DNA from: Paenibacillus sp.
GTDB taxonomy: Bacteria > Bacteroidota > Bacteroidia > Bacteroidales > Muribaculaceae
NCBI GenBank assembly: GCA_023663345.1
Contig: JAMPHR010000001.1
Location: 199,997 to 263,996, forward strand
DNA: 64,000 bases
Reading direction: 5' to 3'
In this document: piece by piece, positions 20,592 to 31,360 of the stretch
Layout of the letters: every line of letters begins with the position of its first letter
Numbering within the stretch: position 1 is the first letter of the stretch
The notes under the pieces: generated by a model
The model's database searches: none
What the model saw: only the letters and a program-made list of their open reading frames with translations
Told to the model about the DNA's origin: nothing
Made by a program: the position numbers and the translations under genes

Positions 20592-23500
20592 ATGAAAAAT
20601 GTTATTAACTTATTGAGGGGTAGGAAATTAAATTACCCCCCCCCTTATCACCTTGCTGTTGGCGGTGCTCCTGGGCACGGCCACGGCGATGGCTGATACA
20701 GTGAGCGGCAACGTATCGGACGATACGGGCGAGCCACTGATCGGGGCCACCGTGCAGCTCAAGGGAGCGCATGGCGTGGCCGCCGCGACAGATATCGACG
20801 GCAACTACACACTCAAAGTGCCCGATGCCAAGAAGGGCGTGCTTGTATTCTCCTATATCGGTATGGATCCGAAGGAGGTAGCCATCAACGGTCAGGCTAC
20901 AATCAATGTGGTGCTAACCACCAATACTACCCAGCTCGATGAGGTAGTGGTGGTAGGTTACGGCCAGCAGAAGAAAGTGTCGGTGGTGGGAGCTATCACC
21001 CAGGCCTCGGGCGAGGTGCTGGAGCGTGCCGGCGGTGTGTCGAGCGTGGGTGCCGCGCTTACCGGTAATCTGCCCGGCGTGATCACCACAGCATCATCGG
21101 GTATGCCCGGTGAGGAGGATCCCGAGATCATCATCCGCTCGCAGAGCTCGTGGAACAACTCGGCGCCCCTCGTCCTTGTGGACGGTATCGAGCGCGAGAT
21201 GAGTTCAGTAGACATCTCGTCGGTGGCCAATATTTCGGTACTCAAGGACGCATCGGCGACAGCCGTGTATGGTGTGAAGGGTGCCAACGGTGTAATCCTC
21301 ATCACCACCAAGCGTGGCGAGGAGGGAAATGCAAAGGTTCATGCCAAAGCCAACATGACCGCCAAGGTGGCCTCGAAGCTCCCCGAGAAGTATGACGCCT
21401 ACGATTCCTATTTCCTGCGTAACCGTGCCATCCAGCGCGAGCTTCTTGTGCCGGGCAATGACGCATGGGCCGATATGCTCCCCATGAGCGTGATCGACAA
21501 GTACCGTAATCCTCTCAATGCCGAGGAGTGGGACCGTTACCCCAACGTGGACTGGGAGGACTTCCTGTTCAAGGACGCAGCTTTCTCCTACAATGCCAGT
21601 GTGGATGTGTCGGGCGGTACCAAACTCGTGAAGTACTATGCAGCAGTGGACTTCCTTCATGAAGGTGACCTTTTCAAGACTTTCGAGAACAACCGTGGAT
21701 ACAAGCCGGGATTCGGCTTCAACCGTGTGAACGTGCGCTCCAATCTTGACTTCTCGCTCACTCCTACAACCAAACTTACCGTGAACCTGTTTGGCTCTAA
21801 CGGTGCCAAGAAAACCCCATACGAGCGTAACTCATGGGATTCCACCGACTCGGGCTACTGGAACGCCGCCTATAAGACTGCTCCCGGTGCCATGCGTCCT
21901 ATCTACAGCAACGGCATGTGGGGATTCTATGCACCGCGCGAGGCTGACGTGCCAAACTCGGCAAGAAATATCGCTACCAACGGAGTGGAGAAGCGCACTA
22001 CAACCAAGATCAACTCGGACATCATCCTCGGTCAGGATCTCGATTTCCTTACCAAGGGACTTCACTTCCAGGGCCGTCTGTCGCTCGACTACACATTCGT
22101 AGAGGGCCGTCGCGGTATCAATGACCTTGACAATCCTATCCTGCGCATGTGGGTTGACCCCAACACCGGAGCCATCACCACTCTGCCTGCAACCGATACC
22201 GGCACACAGCTCGATCCCTCGGACGGTATATATTGGCGCAACAGCCAGGGCGAGGTGTTCCTCGACAGAACTTTCCGTAAAGTCTACTACGCTTTCCAGC
22301 TCGACTATTCCCGTCAGTTCGGCAAGCATGAGGTGACCGCCATGGCGGCTTTCAACCGCGAGGACTATGCAAAAGGAAACGAGTTCCACCACTACAGAGA
22401 GGACTGGGTGTTCCGTACCACCTATAACTTTGACTACCGCTACTTCCTGGAGTTCAACGGTGCATACAACGGATCGGAGAAGTTCGGATCCAACAACCGT
22501 TTCGACTTCTTCCCCTCATTCTCGGCCGGATGGCGCCTGAATCAGGAACCTTTCATGCGTAATCTCACCTGGATCGATCAGATCAAGTTCCGTGGCTCAT
22601 GGGGCCGCGTGGGTGACGACAGCGCCGGTGACCGCTGGCTCTACCGTGACCAGTATGTCTACTCAGGCAATGTGTGGATGGGTACCATCAATCCCGCCAA
22701 CTCGCCCTATACATTCTACCGTATCTCGGTGCTCGGTAATCCCGATATCACCTGGGAGAAGGTGGAGAAGCGCAACTTTGGTCTCGACTACGGATTCCTG
22801 AACGGACTTGTAGCCGGATCGGTGGACTTCTTCTCGGACAAGCGTACCGACATCTTCATCAACGGCAGCCAGCGTGCCATCCCCTCCTATTTCGGAGCAT
22901 CGGCCCCTGCAGCCAATCTGGGTAAAGTGAACAGCAAGGGTTATGAGCTTGAGCTCCGTCTCAACTATCCTATCAACAAGGATACCCGTGTATGGCTCAA
23001 CGCCTCTATGACTCATGCAACAAATGAGGTTAAGTTCCGCGATGACGCTCCCCTGCTTCCCGCTTATCTCAAGCAGGCCGGCCACGCTATAGGCCAGCGC
23101 ACCGAGTATCTCGATGCCGGTACCATCCGCACCTGGGATGACCTTTACGGCTCGCCCATGTGGTCGTCCAACGCCAACAACCGTCTGCCCGGTGACTACA
23201 AGATCATCGACTTCAACTCGGACGGTATCATCGACCAGTATGACAAGGCTCCTTACGGCTACAGCGGTACCCCGCAGAACACCTACAATGCCACTCTCGG
23301 ATTTGAGTGGAAGGGATTCAGCGCATTTGTGCAGTTCTATGGTGTGACCAATGTATCGCGCGAGGTAACATTCCCGACATTCAGCAACAGCAATGTGGTG
23401 GCTTACGTGGAGGGCGACTACTGGACCCCGACCGTGGACGGTCTGCCCATGCCCCGCTGGACAAGCAATGCCGACGCCGCCGCCAACGGAACCCGCTACA

Positions 23501-23736
23501 TATATGACGGCTCATATGTCCGCCTGAAGAATGCCGAGGTGTCCTATCGTATCCCCAACAAGCTTACCCGCAAGATCGGTGTCAACAGTTGTCGCGTGTA
23601 TGTGAACGGTGACAACCTGTGGCTCTGGACCAAGATGCCCGACGACCGCGAGGGTAACCTCGGAGGCTACGGATCCACCAACGGTGCTTATCCTACCGTG
23701 CGTCGTTTCAACCTCGGTATTGACATAACCCTCTAA
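20592..23736 (+). CDS. susC: SusC/RagA TonB-dependent transporter; ATG 20592 is out of frame with the body because of a C9 tract at 20636-20644
   Basis: CarboxypepD-like domain, DEVVVVGYG, LKDASATAVYG..GANGVILITTKRG, terminal beta-strand; removing one C gives a complete signal peptide. Confidence 0.9.
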
Positions 23737-23746
23737 TAGATCAATC

Positions 23747-25642
23747 ATGAAAAAATATATATCAGGACTTTCCAAGCTTCTGCTTCTTGCCGGCGCACTG
23801 GTAGCCACCTCCTGTACCGATTATCTCGACAAGGCACCGGGCAGTGATATCGACGAGAGCGAGCCTTACAAGAACTTCCGCAATTTCCAGGGTTTCGTGG
23901 AGGAACTCTACGGAGGTCTCCCCTGTATCTCGGCCAATGATTACCACAACAGCTGGAATCTCGGTGAGGATGAGTATTGGGAACCTTCCGATCTGCGCCC
24001 TCTTGCCAATCATATCGACCAGGGTGACTATCGTGTGATAGTGACCAGCGGTCAGTACTTCTATGGTTTCCCCCGCAACGGCAACGGCAATCCCGAGTCG
24101 AGCAGTAAGGGTGACAAGGGTAATATCTGGCAGCTCGCATGGAAAAGTATCCGCAAGGCCAATATAGGACTCGCCAATCTCGGCGGACTCCAGAACGCCA
24201 CAGCCGAGGAGCGCGACCTGCTCGAGGGTCAGATGCTTTTCTTCCGCGGATGGTATCACTTCATGCTGATGCAGTACTGGGGCGGACTTCCCTACATCGA
24301 TCATGTGCTCCCCGCCGGTGAGACCCCCAATCTGCCTCGTCTCAGCTATCGCGAGACAGCCGAAAAGGCCGCCGCTGACATGGAGGCTGCCGCCAAGCTC
24401 CTCCCCATCGACTGGGATCAGACTACAGCAGGCCGTCCTACCCTCGGCAACAACAATATGCGTGCCAACAAGATCATGGCTCTCGCATTTGCCGGAAAGT
24501 GCCTCCTGTGGGCAGGCAGTCCTCTCATGAATTATGAGTCGACCGGCTCGGCTACCTATAATGCAGAATTGTGCAAGCGCGGTGCCGACCTCATGGGCGA
24601 GGCTCTCGCACTCACAGAGTCGACCGGACGCTACGAACTGGCTGACTTCTCACAGTGGAGCGACCTGTTCTACTTCGCCGACAAGGGCAACCGTGTCCCC
24701 GGCCTCAAGGAAGCCATCATGCAGGAGAGCCTTGTGGAATTCTTCAACTACAATTCCCGATTTGACTACAACCAGCGCAATGACTATTTCTCTCAGCTGG
24801 TAATCTCGGGTGGTGTGAAGGTGCAGCCCACAGCCAACTATGCCCTCTATTACGGTATGGCCAACGGCGAACCCATCCCCTCGTGGAGCGAGGCTGATGC
24901 CACCTCGGGTTATGATCCCGCCTATCCCTGGAAGGGTAGAGATCCCCGTTTCTACAAGGACTTTGCCTACGACGGCATTCAGGTTGTGACCGATCCTCAG
25001 GGTATCGTTGCCGAGACCACCAAGTATGCCAGCCTTTATACCGGTGGCCCCTGGAGAAGCAACAACGGTAACAAATCGAACCTCACCGGTCTTGTGGAGA
25101 TCAAGTTCATTCCCCAGATGGCTCCGAGCCTCAGCTCACTCTTTGACGTCCATGTAGCAATGTGCCTGTCGCTGATGCGTCTGTCGGATCTCTATCTTCT
25201 TTATGCCGAGGCAGTGACCTGCGGATACGGCTCTCCCACCTCCAAGGCCTCGACTTTCGGCATGACAGCCGTAGATGCAGTCAACAAGGTGCGTACCCGC
25301 GCAGGTGTAGGAAATGTGGCAGCCCGTTTCACCGGCTCGACCGATGCTTTCCTACCCGAACTTTACCGCGAGCGTGCCGTGGAGCTTGCTTTCGAGGGAC
25401 ATCGTTTCATCGACCTGCGCCGCTGGATGCTCCTGACCAAGCGTCCTTACACACTTAAGACCAAGCTTGAGTTTGACCGCACCAAGGAGTTCAGCTACCG
25501 CAATCCCTCCGAGGCCCGCGTTGCCAATATCCGCGAGGAGATTCTGTTTGAGCGCAAGCTTGACGATCGCCACTACTGGCTCCCGCTGCCCAACGCCGAC
25601 GTGAATATTTATCCCGAGTTTGGACAGAACCCCGGATGGTAA
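23747..25642 (+). CDS. susD: SusD/RagB lipoprotein
   Basis: Lipobox TSC, RDPRF, ERAVELAFEGHRFIDLRRW, QNPGW. Confidence 0.95.
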   Translation: MKKYISGLSKLLLLAGALVATSCTDYLDKAPGSDIDESEPYKNFRNFQGFVEELYGGLPCISANDYHNSWNLGEDEYWEPSDLRPLANHIDQGDYRVIVTSGQYFYGFPRNGNGNPESSSKGDKGNIWQLAWKSIRKANIGLANLGGLQNATAEERDLLEGQMLFFRGWYHFMLMQYWGGLPYIDHVLPAGETPNLPRLSYRETAEKAAADMEAAAKLLPIDWDQTTAGRPTLGNNNMRANKIMALAFAGKCLLWAGSPLMNYESTGSATYNAELCKRGADLMGEALALTESTGRYELADFSQWSDLFYFADKGNRVPGLKEAIMQESLVEFFNYNSRFDYNQRNDYFSQLVISGGVKVQPTANYALYYGMANGEPIPSWSEADATSGYDPAYPWKGRDPRFYKDFAYDGIQVVTDPQGIVAETTKYASLYTGGPWRSNNGNKSNLTGLVEIKFIPQMAPSLSSLFDVHVAMCLSLMRLSDLYLLYAEAVTCGYGSPTSKASTFGMTAVDAVNKVRTRAGVGNVAARFTGSTDAFLPELYRERAVELAFEGHRFIDLRRWMLLTKRPYTLKTKLEFDRTKEFSYRNPSEARVANIREEILFERKLDDRHYWLPLPNADVNIYPEFGQNPGW

Positions 25643-25664
25643 TACCTTAAATTAACCTTTCACA

Positions 25665-28484
25665 ATGAATACAGTACCCAAATATATAGGTTACGCGGCA
25701 TTTGCCCTCGCGCTTGCAACGGGAGTGACCGCGAATGCCCAGAGTGACAGTTTAGTCAATGTCGCTTTCGGCACCAAGCCTGCGGAGGATGTCATTACGG
25801 CAACCCAGCAGGTGAATATGGCCGAGCTGATGAAGAAAAACTACTCGACCTCGGCTCTCGATCTTTCGCTGGAATCGCTTATAGGCGGTTACCGCGGAGG
25901 CAGCAGCATCTGGGGTCAGAATGCCCTGGTGCTCGTTGACGGTATGCCCCGCGAGATCGGCGATATTCTCGCCAGCGAGGTGGAGAGCATCAGTTTCCTC
26001 AAGGATGCCGCCGCAGCCGCCCTCTACGGAAGCCGTGGTGCCAAGGGTGTGATCCTCGTGACCACAAAGCGTGGCACCAACTCACCCATGCAGATCGATT
26101 TCCGTGCCGATGTGGGTTTCGTAGTGCCCAAGAGCTATCCCAACTATCTCGATGCCGCTTCCTACATGACCCTCTACAACGAGGCATGCCGCAATGACGG
26201 ATTGAGCGAGCGGTACTCGGCAAATGAGATCTACAACTCATCGATAAGCTCAAATCCCTATCAGTATCCCAACCAGAAGTACTACAACGGTAATTACCTG
26301 CGCAAGTTCTCCAACAACTACATGGCCAACGGCGAGATATACGGTGGTAACGAGCGTACCCACTATTACCTCAACATGGGACTGGGCTACTCGGACGGAC
26401 TCGTGAAGATCGGAGACCATGACAAGGACAACACCCTCCGCTTCAATGTGCGCGGTAACGTAGATATGACCATCACCAAATGGCTCACCGGTTTCACCAA
26501 CGCCTCATTCCTGGTGAATGACAATTACGAGGGACGCGGTGATTTCTGGGGAATGGCTTCAGGCACATGGCCCAACCGTTATGGTGTGCTTCTGCCCGTA
26601 GACATGATCGACCCCAACAATGCCGAACTTCAGGCAATGGTGGCAGCCGCCACTCTCATCGATGGCCGTTACCTGCTGGGCGGTACTTCCAACAACTCGA
26701 CCAACGCTATCGCCGATGCCTACGAGGCAGGATATGTGAAGACCAAAACAAGGTCGTTCATGTTTGACCTCGGATTGAAATTTGATCTCGGAGCCATCCT
26801 GCGCGGACTCACGTTCAAGACTGTGTTTGGAGTGGACTACCGCGCTGTGTACTCCGAGGGTTTCAAGGAGGATTATGCAGTCTATGAGCCTACCTGGGCC
26901 AACGTTAACGGTAAGCCCATGATCGTGGACCTGAAGAAGCATGGTAATGACACCAACTCGACCAACGAGTATGTGGGCCAGTCGACCTATCTGCAGAACA
27001 TGATGTTCCGTGGCCAGTTTGACTACAACCGCGTATTCGGCGGTCTCCACCAGGTGGACGCTACATTGATGGGATGGGGATACCAGACCCAGTACTCTAA
27101 CGATGCCAACCATAACTCCAGCCCCCTTCACGCCACAACCAACGTGAATGCCGGCGCACAGGTGGCCTACAATTACGATCACCGTTACTATGCCACTCTC
27201 ACCGGAGTGCTTGTACACTCATCCAAGCTGGCTGAGGGACACCGCAATGCTTTCTCTCCCTCAGTGTCGCTCGGATGGCGCATAGGTCAGGAGAACTTCA
27301 TCAAGGAGAACGCTCCCTGGATCAATGAGCTGAAGCTCACCGCATCGGCATCGAAGCTCCATCAGGATCTCGACATCGAGGACTACTATCTCTACAAGGG
27401 ATATTACGGATTCAAGGACGGTGGCGGATGGTGGCAGTGGCACGACGGCACAGCCGGTGGCAACACCACAATGCCTAAGCGAGCTGACAATCTCGGCCTC
27501 ACTTTCATCACACGCGAAGAATTCCGTGTGGGTCTGGACGCAGCGCTGTTTGACAACCTGCTCACCCTTAACGCCAATTATTTCATCCAGGACACCAAGG
27601 GCGGACTCACCCAGGGATCCAACTCGATTTTCCCCAACTTCATGAGCAAGTGGGATGCATCGTTCCTCCCCTGGCTCAATTACAACAACGACCGCCGTCA
27701 GGGTGTGGATTTCTCGCTGAATCTCCGCAAGACTGTAGGTGAAGTAGATCTCGGCCTCGGATTTGCCGGCATGTACTATACCGACAAGGCCACCCGCCGA
27801 GACGAAATGCCTGCCGAGACATATCTCGCCGCCACAGGCCAGCCCCTCAACCGTGCTCTCGGTTACATTTGCGAAGGTTTCTATCAGTCGCAGGAGGAGA
27901 TTGACAACCGTGGCGTGCGCCAGACATTCGGCGGAACTCTCCGCCCCGGCGACCTCCGCTACAAGGATGTGAACGGCGACGGCGTGGTGGACAGCAACGA
28001 CCGCGTGGTGCTCGGACGCTATACTCCCACATTCTCCTACGGTCTCAATCTCTCCGCATCATGGAGAGGATTCACCCTCTATGCCTACGGAACCGGTCAG
28101 GCCGGCGGTACAGCTTTCAATAACAACAGCTATTACTGCAACGGCGGAGATGCCAAGTATTCCGAGATGGCATGGGGCCGCTGGACTCCCGAGACTGCCG
28201 CTACAGCAACAGCTCCGCGTCTCACCACCGGAACGACAGCCAATAACAACCAGACTTCGACCTTCTGGCAGTACAGCACCAACCGCTTCGATATACGCCG
28301 CGTGCAGCTGACCTACGATCTGCCCGCCTCGCTGTTCAACGGCAACAAGGTGCTCTCAGGTGTAAGCGTATATCTCCAAGGCGAAAATCTTGCCACAATC
28401 TCGCCCAACCGCAAGATCATGGAGCTGAGCACTTCCTCACCCCAGGCCCGCAACTACAATGTAGGCTGCAAGCTCTCATTCTGA
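25665..28484 (+). CDS. susC: Second SusC-like TonB-dependent transporter (short; lacks the N-terminal CarboxypepD-like domain)
   Basis: LKDAAAAALYGSRGAKGVILVTTKRG, PGDLRYKDVNGDG, terminal F. Confidence 0.93.
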   Translation: MNTVPKYIGYAAFALALATGVTANAQSDSLVNVAFGTKPAEDVITATQQVNMAELMKKNYSTSALDLSLESLIGGYRGGSSIWGQNALVLVDGMPREIGDILASEVESISFLKDAAAAALYGSRGAKGVILVTTKRGTNSPMQIDFRADVGFVVPKSYPNYLDAASYMTLYNEACRNDGLSERYSANEIYNSSISSNPYQYPNQKYYNGNYLRKFSNNYMANGEIYGGNERTHYYLNMGLGYSDGLVKIGDHDKDNTLRFNVRGNVDMTITKWLTGFTNASFLVNDNYEGRGDFWGMASGTWPNRYGVLLPVDMIDPNNAELQAMVAAATLIDGRYLLGGTSNNSTNAIADAYEAGYVKTKTRSFMFDLGLKFDLGAILRGLTFKTVFGVDYRAVYSEGFKEDYAVYEPTWANVNGKPMIVDLKKHGNDTNSTNEYVGQSTYLQNMMFRGQFDYNRVFGGLHQVDATLMGWGYQTQYSNDANHNSSPLHATTNVNAGAQVAYNYDHRYYATLTGVLVHSSKLAEGHRNAFSPSVSLGWRIGQENFIKENAPWINELKLTASASKLHQDLDIEDYYLYKGYYGFKDGGGWWQWHDGTAGGNTTMPKRADNLGLTFITREEFRVGLDAALFDNLLTLNANYFIQDTKGGLTQGSNSIFPNFMSKWDASFLPWLNYNNDRRQGVDFSLNLRKTVGEVDLGLGFAGMYYTDKATRRDEMPAETYLAATGQPLNRALGYICEGFYQSQEEIDNRGVRQTFGGTLRPGDLRYKDVNGDGVVDSNDRVVLGRYTPTFSYGLNLSASWRGFTLYAYGTGQAGGTAFNNNSYYCNGGDAKYSEMAWGRWTPETAATATAPRLTTGTTANNNQTSTFWQYSTNRFDIRRVQLTYDLPASLFNGNKVLSGVSVYLQGENLATISPNRKIMELSTSSPQARNYNVGCKLSF

Positions 28485-28496
28485 TAATACCTAAAA

Positions 28497-30278
28497 ATGA
28501 TACTAACGATGAAAAATATATCTCTGTCATTGATCCTCTCGGTGGGCGCGGCAATAGGCCTTTCGGCTTGTGCTGATGTCTTTGAACCATCGGAGGAGAA
28601 TCTGAAGGATGTGGACCAGATGTATGAGGATGCCACTTTCGCGCAAGGTTTCCTCGTAAACGTCTACCGTAACATCCCGGCCTACTATGACAACAGCGAG
28701 TATGCTACCGATGATGCCGTGACCAACGAGACCGACAATGCTTTCCGCAAGATGGCAACAGGCTCGTGGACCTCGAGCAACGATCCCACCTCGCAGTGGA
28801 TCAATTGCCTCAACTCCATCCAGAACCTCAATCTCTTCCTTGAGAATGCCGAGCAGGTGAACTGGGCCACAGATCCCGAGGCTGCTCAGCTTTTCAAGAT
28901 GCGTACTATCGCCGAGGGTCGCGGATTGCGCGCGCTGTACATGTATTTCCTCCTCCGCGCCCATGCCGGCGTGGCTACCGACGGACAGCTCTCCGGTGTG
29001 CCCATTCTTGACCACTATCTCACCGTGAACGATGATTTCAATATGCCGAGAGGATCGTTTGACGAATGTGTGAAATTCGCACTCGCCGATCTTGACTACG
29101 CCGAGGCCAATCTGCCCATGGAATATGAGAATCTTGGTGAGGATGATGTGGTGCCCGCACCGTTCAACCAGTACACCTCCAAAGTGGGTACCTACAACCG
29201 CGTGATGGGTCAGTATGCGCGTCAGCTCATCAATGGCCTTGCATGTAAGGCTATCCGCTCGCGTCTCACCTTGCTCGCCGCCAGCCCTGCCTATGAGGCA
29301 TCGGCCACAACCTGGGCCGATGCAGCCGATGCAGCCGCAGCAGTGCTCGATCACATCGGCGGTCCCGCCGGTATCGATCCCACCGGTGTCACCTACTACT
29401 GCAACACCACTGTGATCGATGGTCTCAGTGACGGTATCAACCCCGCTGAAATCGTGTGGCGCGAGGCTATTTCCAATAACAACACCACTCAGGAGGAGGC
29501 TCATTTCCCGCCATCGCTCTATGGCAACGGCCGCATGAACCCCACCCAGAACCTTGTGGATGCTTTCCCCATGGCCAACGGTTATCCCATCTCGGATTCG
29601 CGCAGCAACTACAATGCCGCTAATCCTTATTCGGGTCGTGACCCCCGCCTGTCACACTACATTGTGTACAACGGCTCAACCGAGGGTGTGAACAACGCTA
29701 CCATCCAGACCGGATCGGACGCCACAACAGCCGACGGCCTGAACAAACGCGAGACCTCGACCCGCACAGGCTACTATATGAAGAAGCGTCTGCGCATGGA
29801 TGTCAACATGGATCCCTCCATGAAGCAGGGTAAAACCCATTACACCCCGCGCATCCGCTACACCGAGATGTTCCTGAACTATGCCGAGGCTGCCAACGAG
29901 GCCTGGGGTCCCAGAAACTCGGGTTCGCACGGATATTCGGCATACGATGTGATCAAGGCCATACGTCACCGCGCTCTCGGTATCGACGACGATCCATATC
30001 TGGATGAGTGTGCCACGGATCCCGCAAAGATGCGCGAGCTGATACGCAACGAGCGTCGACTCGAGCTATGCTTCGAGAGCTTCCGCTTCTGGGATCTCCG
30101 CCGCTGGAAAGCAGATCTCAACGAGAATGCCCGTGGCGTGAACATCACCAACAATAATGTGTACACAGCACTTCCCAGTGTGGAGGAGCGCACATATTCA
30201 TCCTACATGTACTACGGACCGATCCCCAACACTGAGATCCTCAAGTTCAGCAATCTCAAGCAGAACCAGGGTTGGTAA
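28497..30278 (+). CDS. susD: Second SusD lipoprotein
   Basis: LSAC lipobox, RDPRL, ERRLELCFESFRFWDLRRW, QNQGW. Confidence 0.95.
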   Translation: MILTMKNISLSLILSVGAAIGLSACADVFEPSEENLKDVDQMYEDATFAQGFLVNVYRNIPAYYDNSEYATDDAVTNETDNAFRKMATGSWTSSNDPTSQWINCLNSIQNLNLFLENAEQVNWATDPEAAQLFKMRTIAEGRGLRALYMYFLLRAHAGVATDGQLSGVPILDHYLTVNDDFNMPRGSFDECVKFALADLDYAEANLPMEYENLGEDDVVPAPFNQYTSKVGTYNRVMGQYARQLINGLACKAIRSRLTLLAASPAYEASATTWADAADAAAAVLDHIGGPAGIDPTGVTYYCNTTVIDGLSDGINPAEIVWREAISNNNTTQEEAHFPPSLYGNGRMNPTQNLVDAFPMANGYPISDSRSNYNAANPYSGRDPRLSHYIVYNGSTEGVNNATIQTGSDATTADGLNKRETSTRTGYYMKKRLRMDVNMDPSMKQGKTHYTPRIRYTEMFLNYAEAANEAWGPRNSGSHGYSAYDVIKAIRHRALGIDDDPYLDECATDPAKMRELIRNERRLELCFESFRFWDLRRWKADLNENARGVNITNNNVYTALPSVEERTYSSYMYYGPIPNTEILKFSNLKQNQGW

Positions 30279-30305
30279 TATTAACAATTTCAATTCAGAA
30301 TCACA

Positions 30306-31340
30306 ATGAAAATATCCAATATACTCGCACTCGCAATGGTAGCGTCATTAGCATCGACCTCATGCCACAACAGCGACAACGAGTTTCCTGATTTCGACTA
30401 CCAGGGTGTATATTTCGCCAACCAAAGTGTAGGGCGCACTGTGGAGCTGGGCCGTGACAGCGAGATTGACCTCACGCTTGACAACCAGCACATGGTGAGG
30501 ATCCAGGCAGTGATGGGTGGTGCCTACAAGAATACCCAGAACCGCGTGATCAACATCTCGGTGGATCCCTCGCTCTGCGATGGATTGTATCTCTCGTCGG
30601 ATTTCGGCGGACGCAAGGTGCAGCCCATGCCCTCCAACTATTATGAGATCGAGGCCGGTGCCATTACCATCCCCTCGGGCTCGATGGACGGCGGAGTGCA
30701 TGTGAAGCTGACCGATGCTTTCTTCAACGATCCCCTCGCGCTGGATTTCAACTATGTGATCCCTGTGGTGATGGAGAGTGCCATAGGAGTTGACTCCATA
30801 CTCCAGGGCAAGCCCGCTGTGGAGAACCCCAACCGCGTGAAAGCGTCTGATTGGTCGGTACAGCCCAAGGATTATGTGCTCTATTTCATGCGCTATGTGA
30901 ATCCCTGGCACGGAACTTATCTGCGCAGCGGTAAGGATCTCCTCACAGTGAACGGTGCCACCACTGAAATCGTGCGCCGTGCATCGGATGTGCTCAAGGA
31001 TGAGCAGGTGGATGTGGTGACCTCGGGCTACAAGGCTTGCACCATAGTACTGTCGACCCGCACTGATGCCGACCATGTGTACAACTACACACTTAAGCTC
31101 GACTTTGCCGATGACGGCACCTGTACAGTAAGCTCGACTGATCCCTCGCTCACAATCTCGGGCACCGGCCGCTTTGTGGTGGACGGCGAGAAGAAGGTGA
31201 TCAACAATGAGGACCGTGACGCGCTCTATCTCCAGTACACTGTGACATCCGCCGCAGGATGGTCGCTTTCGACTGACGATACTCTCGTGCTCCGCAACCG
31301 TGGCGTGACAGTGGTGTATCCCACAGTAGAAGTCAAATAA
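30306..31340 (+). CDS. DUF1735/DUF5627-type surface lipoprotein (SGBP)
   Basis: TSC lipobox, FPDFDYQ, YVIP, YVNPWHGTYLR; located after susD. Confidence 0.8.
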   Translation: MKISNILALAMVASLASTSCHNSDNEFPDFDYQGVYFANQSVGRTVELGRDSEIDLTLDNQHMVRIQAVMGGAYKNTQNRVINISVDPSLCDGLYLSSDFGGRKVQPMPSNYYEIEAGAITIPSGSMDGGVHVKLTDAFFNDPLALDFNYVIPVVMESAIGVDSILQGKPAVENPNRVKASDWSVQPKDYVLYFMRYVNPWHGTYLRSGKDLLTVNGATTEIVRRASDVLKDEQVDVVTSGYKACTIVLSTRTDADHVYNYTLKLDFADDGTCTVSSTDPSLTISGTGRFVVDGEKKVINNEDRDALYLQYTVTSAAGWSLSTDDTLVLRNRGVTVVYPTVEVK

Positions 31341-31360
31341 TAACCCACTACTGAATTTCC

